From Ferroglobus placidus DSM 10642 (GTDB lineage: Archaea > Halobacteriota > Archaeoglobi > Archaeoglobales > Archaeoglobaceae), in NCBI RefSeq assembly GCF_000025505.1, contig NC_013849.1, positions 1,740,001 to 1,772,000 on the forward strand: a stretch of 32,000 nt of DNA, written 5' to 3'. Each line of letters opens with the position of its first letter. The stretch's first letter is position 1. The notes beneath the pieces were generated by a model. The model had not been told where the DNA came from. It worked only from the letters and a program-made list of their open reading frames with translations, and did not search any database. Below are positions 20,539 to 27,503 of this stretch, one piece after another. Position numbers and translations under genes: made by a program.

Positions 20539-20799
20539 GTGTTCGGTAGGTTGAAGCTTGCCTGGAGAATATACAAAGCTTACATGCAGTTCGTCAAGGA
20601 GACCAAGGGTGAAATGACGCTCGTGGACTGGATCAAAGGAGTCATCATACTTTCGGTGCTCGGAGTCGGTGTCGGCTTGCCGATCGTGATAAAGACGATT
20701 CAGAGCGTGAACATCACAGACCCAACGACGTCGCTCGTCGTGAACTTCATTCCAGCTATCGTTGCCGTGGCTTTGCTTCTCGGCTACCTCGGGAGATAG
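20539..20799 (+). CDS. Small two-helix membrane protein, candidate spindle-virus-type major capsid protein
   Basis: GTG start 8 nt after AAGGAGGTGA. Two hydrophobic helices ('GVIILSVLGVGVGLPIVI' and 'LVVNFIPAIVAVALLLGYL') flank the polar loop 'KTIQSVNITDPTTS', which holds an N-x-T sequon. It is the only plus-strand gene in this part of the element. Confidence 0.6.
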   Translation: MFGRLKLAWRIYKAYMQFVKETKGEMTLVDWIKGVIILSVLGVGVGLPIVIKTIQSVNITDPTTSLVVNFIPAIVAVALLLGYLGR

Positions 20800-20835
20800 A
20801 AAAAGCGGCGATTGCAGAGGGCTTGAAGCTTTAAC

Positions 20836-20851
20836 TTCTTTTCTCTTTTTT
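20836..20851 (+). terminator. Oligo-T tract (TTCTTTTCTCTTTTTT) downstream of the 86-aa gene
   Basis: A T-rich run about 35 nt after the stop. Archaeal termination typically uses oligo-T. Confidence 0.35.
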
Positions 20852-20957
20852 GTGCCGGTTGATAATATATTAAATTGAGGAAATATTCTGCAGATCTGCC
20901 TATCAATTCAATAAAAATATTAAAAACCTCGAAGTATTATGCGATTTTGCAACTTTG

Positions 20958-21200
20958 TCAAACCACCTCTCTCTCTTTCTCCCTCTTCCTTAGATGCCGT
21001 CCGTTGAATTTAGCTTCGATCAGATTCAAGAGCTTCTCCACAGCCTCGATAACCTTTTCCGGCTCTTCGCCGTCGAATCTTACGGAGATCTCTACTCCTC
21101 CACCATCCTCATTAATTCCGGCTTTGAGAACGACTTCCCGAACTGGATAATCCTCCTGAACAATCTCCTCAGCTTCTTCACCGGTTTCCTCCCTCCTCAT
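20958..21200 (-). CDS. Hypothetical acidic protein (80 aa), last gene of the element's minus-strand operon
   Basis: Its start overlaps the upstream stop by 4 nt. The opposite-strand ORFs are S/L-rich shadows. Confidence 0.45.
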   Translation of the reverse strand: MRREETGEEAEEIVQEDYPVREVVLKAGINEDGGGVEISVRFDGEEPEKVIEAVEKLLNLIEAKFNGRHLRKREKEREVV

Positions 21201-21364
21201 AGATATCCCCTCCTCCTTAGAAACTCCTCAAGAGCTAAGTTGATAGCGTCGGAGAGCTTCAAGCCGTTTCTTTTGATCGCATTCACAAGCTCTCTTTCAA
21301 TCCTCACCGTAGTTTTTACTCTGTCTTTTTTCTCCAGCTTGAGGAGTCTTTTTTTAGTTATCAT
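21197..21364 (-). CDS. Ribbon-helix-helix (CopG/Arc-like) protein
   Basis: 'VKTTVRIERELVNAIKRNGLKLSDAINLALEEFLRRRG' has the beta-strand plus two-helix RHH pattern. The ATG at 21364 overlaps the upstream stop (ATGA). Confidence 0.6.
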   Translation of the reverse strand: MITKKRLLKLEKKDRVKTTVRIERELVNAIKRNGLKLSDAINLALEEFLRRRGYL

Positions 21365-21555
21365 GCTTGAGCTTCTTTCAACCTCCTCATAACCGTCCAC
21401 TTTGAAACTTCGTAACCTAACTGGGTGAGCTTCCACGCTATCATCTCGTAACTGTAACCTTTAGCTCTCAACTCCTTAGCTAAGGAGATGGGGAAAGTTT
21501 TCGGCTTCCTTCCTCCTCTCTTGGTTAGAAGAATCTCAGCTTTCATTTTCACCAC
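21361..21555 (-). CDS. Small HTH protein (resolvase/Hin-like HTH)
   Basis: 'GRKPKTFPISLAKELRAKGYSYEMIAWKLTQLGYEVSKWTVMRRLKE'. Confidence 0.6.
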   Translation of the reverse strand: MVKMKAEILLTKRGGRKPKTFPISLAKELRAKGYSYEMIAWKLTQLGYEVSKWTVMRRLKEAQA

Positions 21556-21566
21556 CTCTAAAAAAA

Positions 21567-21794
21567 TTAGGGAGAAGAGGTTTCCTCTATTTCTTTGAGC
21601 TTCTTGTTAAACTCTTCAACTCTGGGAATGAACGCTTTTAAGCTTTTCAAATAGTCTAAGTCACTTTTCACGTTCTCTATGATGCACTCCTCTAGATATT
21701 CGGTAAAGTCTTTCCCTGCCCATTCGCAAAACTCTTTTACCAACTCGTACAGCTCTTTCGGAATTTCCAGCTCCACCTTCACCCTTTCTTCCAT
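21567..21794 (-). CDS. Hypothetical acidic helical protein (75 aa)
   Basis: An ORF within the co-directional operon. No motif recognised. Confidence 0.45.
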   Translation of the reverse strand: MEERVKVELEIPKELYELVKEFCEWAGKDFTEYLEECIIENVKSDLDYLKSLKAFIPRVEEFNKKLKEIEETSSP

Positions 21795-21811
21795 ACTACC
21801 ACCCCAAAGAA

Positions 21812-22018
21812 TTAAAGGTGAAGTTCGGCAGTGCTCAAAGCCTTCTTAAGCTCCTCGAAGCTCTCTGAATCCATTTCTAAGGTTATGCTGTTTCCGATTC
21901 TCAAAACTGCTTTGTCGCTGAATTTCTCGACGCTCACGCCCCCTTCATATACATAGACGCCGATCTCCGCCAAACCATCTTTTCCGCTCACTTCCAACTT
22001 CGCCTTAACCCATCTCAT
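21812..22018 (-). CDS. Hypothetical protein (68 aa)
   Basis: An ORF within the operon whose start overlaps the upstream stop by 4 nt. Confidence 0.45.
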   Translation of the reverse strand: MRWVKAKLEVSGKDGLAEIGVYVYEGGVSVEKFSDKAVLRIGNSITLEMDSESFEELKKALSTAELHL

Positions 22019-22236
22019 ACCTTCTCACCTCCTCTCCTTTTTCTTCCTCCCCTTTTAACGGGAGGAGCGTAATCCGGGCATATTTTAGCACGTCCGCAAC
22101 TCACGACAACTTTCCAACGGAAGCAGTAAACGTAACCGGGTGTTTCCGCTTTCGAAGATTCCAAACAGTTAAAGCAATTCTGTTTTGGCTTCTTCTCCCT
22201 CTTCTGCTTCCGAACAACCTTAACGGGAGAGATCAA
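22015..22236 (-). CDS. Basic Cys-rich (zinc-finger-like) protein (73 aa)
   Basis: 'CFNC...C...C...C' flanked by K/R-rich tails ('RKQKREKKPKQ' and 'KRGGRKRRGGEK'). Confidence 0.5.
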   Translation of the reverse strand: MISPVKVVRKQKREKKPKQNCFNCLESSKAETPGYVYCFRWKVVVSCGRAKICPDYAPPVKRGGRKRRGGEKV

Positions 22237-22242
22237 TGAAGC

Positions 22243-22482
22243 TCACCCACTAAGGTCGTATTCGATTTCTTCCGCTTCCTCCACCTTAGGTTTTGATTCC
22301 CGGACCCAGAAAGCACCTACTTCTTTCCATCCGTCTCCTTCCCTGATCACCAATCGAAAATCAGGCTGTGATTTGCTCGATTTCTTCTCGTTCTTGAAGA
22401 GAAACGCCTCCCTCTCCCCCAAAACTCCGAAATCCAGATATCCGGCTAAAAACTTCTTACCGTTTCCTCCCACCTCTACCAC
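22243..22482 (-). CDS. DUF736-like protein
   Basis: 'FLFKNEKKSSKSQPDFRLVIREGDGWKEVGAFWVRES' follows the DUF736 pattern (N..K.s..PDyRi....g.e.GAaW.k.s) as I recall it. The start is more likely the GTG at 22473, 6 nt after GGAGGTG. Confidence 0.45.
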   Translation of the reverse strand: MVEVGGNGKKFLAGYLDFGVLGEREAFLFKNEKKSSKSQPDFRLVIREGDGWKEVGAFWVRESKPKVEEAEEIEYDLSG

Positions 22483-22903
22483 CTCCTAAGGGGTTTTCCT
22501 CCCTTGAGGGAGGAGCTTGAGAGATGAAACGGGAGAAAATATACTCTCCGAACTCTTCAACGCTTCCGGAGAAGACGGGGAGAAGTTGAGAAGCCTTCAA
22601 AAAGGGAGAGGATTCAACTTTTTGAGAAGTGTCATACTCATAGAGTTTGACCTGATCTCCTTCCCTTTCGATGTAAAATAGGGGGACCCTCAAGCATCGA
22701 GCTATTTTTTTGAGAGTTACAGCTTGATAGCCTCTTATCCTCAGATGACCGTTCTTTTCCTCGAATATTGCCACTATTCTTGGACCTACTTCCAAAACTG
22801 CGTCGATGTTTGTTATGACGACCTTTCCGGATCTATCTTTGTAAGGCTGAAGAGCTTCCCAGAGGGTGTTTTCGATGTATTGACCGCAGTGAGGACACTT
22901 CAT
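22457..22903 (-). CDS. Zinc-ribbon protein with a possible PD-(D/E)xK nuclease-like core
   Basis: N-terminal 'CPHCGQ', then 'ITNIDAVLEVGPRIVAIFEEKNG' (D...E-x-K spacing), and a Gly/Arg-rich tail. Its ATG shares one nucleotide with the prim-pol stop. Confidence 0.5.
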   Translation of the reverse strand: MKCPHCGQYIENTLWEALQPYKDRSGKVVITNIDAVLEVGPRIVAIFEEKNGHLRIRGYQAVTLKKIARCLRVPLFYIEREGDQVKLYEYDTSQKVESSPFLKASQLLPVFSGSVEEFGEYIFSRFISQAPPSREENPLGGGRGGRKR

Positions 22904-25551
22904 CAGCTCATCACCTCGGACATGTCCCAGCTCTCGTAATCTCCCTTAGAATCGAATTCTTCCTCCTCTGAACCGGTAAGGAAGTTGACGAATTCGGAAA
23001 ATGAGACAACAGCAGCCCAAGGAGTCTTATTTCCAATTCTAACCTTTCCATATCTCCACCCGAACCTCTCAGCTAAGGATTTGAGGGAATCGACCGGCAG
23101 ATCTTTGAGCACTTTCAAAACCGAGTTTGTTATCACGACGTCCTCTCCTTTCAGGAAAGCCCACGGAATGAAGTTCTCCTTTAGCAAAGCCTCAAGCCTA
23201 TACCTCAAGTCCGGAGCGTAAGAAGTTCCGTTCTCCAACACAACCTCAACCTTAGAAACATGCTTCGAATACCTGGAGTTGATGTCTTCAAGGAGCTTCG
23301 ACCTGATTTCTTCGTTGATTATCTCGGTTATTTCCTCCAAACTTTCTCCTTTATGCTCTTCTTCGATCCACTCCGGAATTTCAAGCTCAGCAAACTCGAA
23401 AGCCTCTCTAAGGAGTTGAGAGGAAAGTTCCCTCCAGTCTTTTTTGAGGAGTTCCGGATTTTCGGAAATTCTCCTGAAAACGAAATACCCTAAAAACCTC
23501 AGGTCGTAAATCCTCGGTAAAACTTCCCTTTCGAACTCTCTAGCCTTATCCTCCTTCACCCTGTCGGAAATCGTGAAGAGAATTCCGATGAACCTCCTTA
23601 GCAAAGCGTCATCAGCCGGGTAAGCTTTGTTTGTCGTGAAAATCATCGGAGACAAAGCCGGCTCTTCGACGTAAACTCCCTGAACGTATCTTCCTCTTGC
23701 GAAGAGCGTTTCAATCGAGGATTTCAGAACTTCCCTGATCGAGTCCTTGGCTAAAACTTCAGCAACCTCGTTTATCAAAACCGGGAAAGTGCTTTCGGAA
23801 ACTACTTTCCCGAATCTTGGAACCGTGTCGATATGGCTTCCTCCCTTCTCCTCCGGAGGGAGATTCCAGATCGCTCTTATTATCTTCCCTAAGGTGGATT
23901 TGCCGGTGGAAGCCGAACCGTGTAGTAAAAGCCAAGGAAAGTGGATTCCGTAAGTTCCCCTTATCTGTTTGATCGCATAAGAGAAAGGAGCGATTATTCC
24001 CCATTTTATGACGGTGGTGAACCTTTCGGCTAAGTGCTTATACCACTCCTCCCTTAGCTCTCTAAGGAGGAGAAGAGCTTTCCTGAGGTCTTCCTTCGTG
24101 AATTTTTCAGCGTTCCACTTTACAGCTTTTATTTCTCCGTCGATGTAGTAGAAACCGGGTTTTTCGAGCTCTCTTCTTATTTCAGCTTTCCCGTTCCTTA
24201 TGAAAGCGATGATCAAAGAGGAGAGAGCATCATCAACCAATCTCTTGTGCTTAACGACAGCTTCAGCTTTAAGCCTTGAAGCTATCGTTTCGAGATCTGC
24301 CGGACCTATTGTTTTCTTCAATAATCCATCGAATTCTATTTCGAACTTCCTGACTCCTCCGAGGGGATCCTCGTAAACGACAACCCTAACAGGACAGCAT
24401 TCAGCTATCAATTCTTTGTAAACAATTCCTCCGTTCTTTGAATCTTCGTAAGCTCTGGCAATTATCCCCTTTCTCGGATTTGCGACGTAGTAGAGCTTTC
24501 TTGAGAAGTCAATCAAGCTGAAAATGGAGTCTCGGAAGGGGGAAGATCTTCCCAGCTTCTCCTCAAGCCTCCTTATCAGTTCTAAGGATTTTTCCTCTCC
24601 GAAGAGCTTTTCCGCTATTTCTTGTAAACCTGTCTTACCTTTCAACTCTTCTTCACTCGGTGGATTTCCCCTTAGTCCGTAGGTCCTATCCAAAACATAG
24701 ATTCTGAGGTCTCTTTCCTCATCCTTTTCCGAAAGCAGATCGACGATTTTCTTCGCCGATTTGTAACTTATTCCGGCTTTCCTCAACCAGCCCGTGAGGA
24801 AGAGAATGATGTAATTCCTGAATCCAGGTCGATAAATCGGCTTGAGCAAATTGACGATTTCCAGAATTTCGGATTCGGAAAGCTCTCTTTCATCCTTGGA
24901 CGTCAAAGAATCTTTGGCTGAAATTTCTTCTGTTAATCCCTCTTCTGGAAGAGTCTCGTTCCTCTCCAGAATTCTAAGGAGGGTGAGGTATTCCTCCCAG
25001 CTCAATTCAGCTATCTTTTCAGGTTTGTTAACGAAACGATATTGTTTCCCGGAGGGATGAGGGGAAGGAGGAGCGACGACGAAACCTCCTTCGGCTCTTA
25101 TGTCGATCCCTTCTCTTATTCCTATCCTGTTGTGGAAGAGTTTAGGATCCGGATCCTTAACCCTTAGATAATAGTGGAAACCTTTCCCGGTCTCAACTAC
25201 CCAGGTGTTGATGAACTTCTCGTATAGGTTGCTATCCGATTCGTAAAGTTCGGCTAAGAAGTCGGATAAAACCTCTCTGTTGTCGAAATCGATCACTGCC
25301 AAATTTCCGGAAACGCTTCCGGTTACGATGGCTATTCCGATCTTGTTTCCCTTCCTTATGGCTTCAAACTGCTCTGGATTTTCAAACCAGCTCCTAACCT
25401 CTTCTAAGGTGGGAGGAGAGAGCTGGTATTTCTTCCAGTCCACTAAAGCTGGCTTTCTCGATCTGCCATCGGGTAACCTGATTAAAGCGACGGGGATAAC
25501 CGAAAATCCTTCCCGGAGGTATTCCTCAGCAGCTTTTAATAACTCCTCCAT
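22903..25551 (-). CDS. Replication protein: bifunctional primase-polymerase (prim-pol) fused to an SF3/D5-like helicase (pRN1 ORF904-like)
   Basis: 882 aa. N-terminal 'GFSVIPV', 'AVIDFDN', 'GFHYYLRV' and 'GIDIRAEGGFVVAPPSPHPSGKQYRF' are prim-pol motifs. It also has Walker A 'LLLHGSASTGKST' and Walker B-like 'FPVLINEV'. GGAGGT lies 9 nt upstream of the ATG. Confidence 0.9.
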   Translation of the reverse strand: MEELLKAAEEYLREGFSVIPVALIRLPDGRSRKPALVDWKKYQLSPPTLEEVRSWFENPEQFEAIRKGNKIGIAIVTGSVSGNLAVIDFDNREVLSDFLAELYESDSNLYEKFINTWVVETGKGFHYYLRVKDPDPKLFHNRIGIREGIDIRAEGGFVVAPPSPHPSGKQYRFVNKPEKIAELSWEEYLTLLRILERNETLPEEGLTEEISAKDSLTSKDERELSESEILEIVNLLKPIYRPGFRNYIILFLTGWLRKAGISYKSAKKIVDLLSEKDEERDLRIYVLDRTYGLRGNPPSEEELKGKTGLQEIAEKLFGEEKSLELIRRLEEKLGRSSPFRDSIFSLIDFSRKLYYVANPRKGIIARAYEDSKNGGIVYKELIAECCPVRVVVYEDPLGGVRKFEIEFDGLLKKTIGPADLETIASRLKAEAVVKHKRLVDDALSSLIIAFIRNGKAEIRRELEKPGFYYIDGEIKAVKWNAEKFTKEDLRKALLLLRELREEWYKHLAERFTTVIKWGIIAPFSYAIKQIRGTYGIHFPWLLLHGSASTGKSTLGKIIRAIWNLPPEEKGGSHIDTVPRFGKVVSESTFPVLINEVAEVLAKDSIREVLKSSIETLFARGRYVQGVYVEEPALSPMIFTTNKAYPADDALLRRFIGILFTISDRVKEDKAREFEREVLPRIYDLRFLGYFVFRRISENPELLKKDWRELSSQLLREAFEFAELEIPEWIEEEHKGESLEEITEIINEEIRSKLLEDINSRYSKHVSKVEVVLENGTSYAPDLRYRLEALLKENFIPWAFLKGEDVVITNSVLKVLKDLPVDSLKSLAERFGWRYGKVRIGNKTPWAAVVSFSEFVNFLTGSEEEEFDSKGDYESWDMSEVMS

Positions 25552-25711
25552 TCCTGATTACCTCCCTCAGTAAGCAGAATTCGGAGAGGAAGTAACCGCA
25601 AAGAGTAGAATCGGTTCGACAGATCGAGGGAAGATCCGATAACTTTATAACGGTGCATTTCCTCCTTTTCTTAGGGATCAGCACACTTCCAGGGGTTTGC
25701 GACCTTCTCAT
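25526..25711 (-). CDS. Hypothetical small Cys-containing ORF bridging the RHH and prim-pol genes
   Basis: It fills the 156-nt gap, and its start overlaps the RHH stop (ATGA). No motif, so it may not be translated. Confidence 0.3.
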   Translation of the reverse strand: MRRSQTPGSVLIPKKRRKCTVIKLSDLPSICRTDSTLCGYFLSEFCLLREVIRNGGVIKSC

Positions 25712-25917
25712 CCTTGATCCTCCCTTATTTTTTCAAAATCGACTCCGAGAAACATGGCATAGTGTTCGATTGCTCTTCTTAGAATCTCAGAAACGGATTG
25801 ATGGGCTATAGGCTTCGAATATTCTCCTCTAAGGATGAGTTCGAGGAGTTTAGCGTGTTCTGGGTAAACTGTGGCTGTGATCTGGATTTTGTTCCACTTG
25901 GTTTGGATCCCGACCAT
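25708..25917 (-). CDS. Ribbon-helix-helix (CopG-like) regulator upstream of the replication gene
   Basis: 'IQITATVYPEHAKLLELILRGEYSKPIAHQSVSEILRRAIEHY' fits the RHH pattern. GGTGA lies 7 nt upstream of the ATG at 25917; the track starts at the GTG at 25923. Confidence 0.65.
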   Translation of the reverse strand: MVGIQTKWNKIQITATVYPEHAKLLELILRGEYSKPIAHQSVSEILRRAIEHYAMFLGVDFEKIREDQG

Positions 25918-25932
25918 TTTCACTCACCTATT

Positions 25933-25999
25933 GAAGTTACTCACACTTTGAAGAAATTTGGATAACAATATTTAAATACTTTTCGATGTGAGTAACTTC
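25933..25999. promoter_or_regulatory. Divergent promoter/operator: a 13-bp perfect inverted repeat (GAAGTTACTCACA / TGTGAGTAACTTC) flanking the TATA box TTTAAATA (25971..25978)
   Basis: The repeat arms are at 25933..25945 and 25987..25999. The TATA box lies 22 nt upstream of the ATG at 26000. Confidence 0.55.
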
Positions 26000-26572
26000 A
26001 TGAGTCGAGAAACTATAGGGTTGATTGTTGAAGCTTTATCAGAAGGTCCTAGGGGGTGGAAAGAGTTAAAGGAAAGAACTGGTCTTTCAGATGGGACTTT
26101 AGCCAAGTATTTAAAAAAATTAATTGAAGAAGGTCTCATATCAGAAGAGATTGATAAAAAAGATCGAAGAAAGAAAATCTACAAGCTAATACCCACTGAA
26201 AAAACGTTTGAGTTATCTTTGCAAAGAGTTATTGCTAAACTATTTTTGATTTATTTAAGGTCAGTTTTGGAAGAAAATGAAAAGATGGAAGACCTTGAGA
26301 GAAAAACTGGTAAAATTGTTTTGATCTGCCTCTTTGGAGGCGATAGAGGTAAGGAAATCTGCAGAATTATGGTGGAAAACTTCCAAGAATTTATGAAGGA
26401 CTTAGAGAGCGATATTCCTGAACGTTACAATAGAGAGTTTAATGAATTATGGGAAGACTTCTCTAAAGAAATAATGGAGTTGTTTAAATCTGAACTCAGA
26501 ATAGATCCCAAACTTCTCGATCCTAAGAAGTATTGGATAAGGTTCGACATAGATACTACTGAAGATGACTAA
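26000..26572 (+). CDS. Winged-HTH (MarR/ArsR-like) regulator with a C-terminal helical domain
   Basis: 'GPRGWKELKERTGLSDGTLAKYLKKLIEEGLISEEIDKKDRRKKIYKLIP'. The ATG at 26000 is favoured as a leaderless start; the track begins at the GTG at 25988. Confidence 0.7.
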   Translation: MSRETIGLIVEALSEGPRGWKELKERTGLSDGTLAKYLKKLIEEGLISEEIDKKDRRKKIYKLIPTEKTFELSLQRVIAKLFLIYLRSVLEENEKMEDLERKTGKIVLICLFGGDRGKEICRIMVENFQEFMKDLESDIPERYNREFNELWEDFSKEIMELFKSELRIDPKLLDPKKYWIRFDIDTTEDD

Positions 26573-26614
26573 AATCCATTTCAAAAATTTTGTATAAAAT
26601 AATTTTTTAAATCT

Positions 26615-26892
26615 GTTCCACGGGAATAACAGAGCTTTATTCCGAAAACTAAGGGAGAATATTGCCTAGATTTTAAAACAACCTATGTTCCGCAATATGG
26701 AACCTTACGGAACAAGGTTATTTTCCCTCAGTTTTCGATTTGGAGTGATTTGATGGGTTTTTTGATGTTGTGTTCCGCACCTTATTAGAGGATACCCCAA
26801 ACTTTTTGATGAGTTCACAATTCTTTACGGAACAGTGGAACAATGGAACACTAAGAATGGGTGGAACCTACGGAACAACGGAACATTGGAAC
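26615..26892. repeat. Iteron field: 9 direct GGAAC(A) copies and 3 inverted GTTCC copies in a non-coding 436-bp gap
   Basis: Direct GGAAC starts at 26699, 26709, 26829, 26837, 26845, 26863, 26872, 26880 and 26888. Inverted GTTCC starts at 26615, 26687 and 26772. TACGGAACA occurs three times and TGTTCCGCA twice. Confidence 0.85.
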
Positions 26893-27008
26893 ATTTTAAT
26901 TCATATTTTATTAAATTAAAAAGAAAGAAACTCTCTCTCATCCCTTAGTGTTCGCATGCCAAACTTGAAATCCCAAACCCTTTTAACATTCTTGATGAAT
27001 TAAGAAAC

Positions 27009-27227
27009 ATGCAAGAAGCGAAGGTGAAGGAAGTCATCTTCCTTGTCGAGGAGACGGATGAAGGATTTACGGCGAGGGCTTTAGATTACTCGATCTACAC
27101 TGAAGCCGATACGCTTGATGAGCTAAAGGAAATGATCAAGGATGCCGTGAAATGCCATTTTGATGAAGAGGAGAGACCGAGAATCATCCGACTTCACATC
27201 GTTAAGCAAGAGGTTTTGACGTTATGA
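27009..27227 (+). CDS. hicB: HicB-like antitoxin
   Basis: 'VIFLVEETDEGFTARALDYSIYTEADTLDELKEMIKDAVKCHF' matches the HicB N-terminal fold pattern. It overlaps hicA by 4 nt. Confidence 0.7.
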   Translation: MQEAKVKEVIFLVEETDEGFTARALDYSIYTEADTLDELKEMIKDAVKCHFDEEERPRIIRLHIVKQEVLTL

Positions 27228-27466
27228 AGCTTCCGAGAGACATTAGCGGTCTGGAACTTGCGAAACTCCTTAGGAAATTCGGTTACGAAATTACAAGACA
27301 GACTGGAAGCCACATTCGTCTTACTACCCGTTTGAAGGGAGAACATCACATCACGATCCCGAAACATAGAAATCTCAAACCGGGAACGTTAAACGCCATT
27401 TTGAAGGATGTTGCCGATCATTTAAGAATCGATAAAAAGGAACTGATACGGGAATTGTTCGGATAG
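27224..27466 (+). CDS. hicA: HicA-family mRNA interferase toxin
   Basis: 'LELAKLLRKFGYEITRQTGSHIRLTT...HHITIPKHRNLKPGTLNAILKDV' carries the HicA/YcfA signature, including GSH and P.H..L..GTL..IL. Confidence 0.8.
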   Translation: MKLPRDISGLELAKLLRKFGYEITRQTGSHIRLTTRLKGEHHITIPKHRNLKPGTLNAILKDVADHLRIDKKELIRELFG

Positions 27467-27503
27467 TCGCAACTTTTATTTTTATTCACACGTATGAATC
27501 AAT

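Noticed and set aside
20875-21392. Plus-strand ORFs of 91 and 132 aa (20875..21150 and 20994..21392) in the element.
   Set aside because: They are S/L/F-rich mirror images of the E/K-rich minus-strand mini-genes. The minus-strand genes are chained by 4-nt overlaps and include clear RHH and HTH motifs.
22985-25573. Several plus-strand ORFs (22985..23221, 23260..23493, 23747..23953, 24842..25060, 25280..25573) and the minus-strand ORF 23759..24004, all within the prim-pol/helicase gene.
   Set aside because: They lie within the 882-aa ORF, which has prim-pol and Walker motifs. They are shadow or out-of-frame ORFs.
26615-26892. Whether the GGAAC repeat cluster could be a CRISPR array.
   Set aside because: The repeat unit is only 5-9 bp with 8-18-bp periodicity and mixed orientation. 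There are no 25-40-bp repeats with unique spacers. It is an iteron or operator-type array, not CRISPR.
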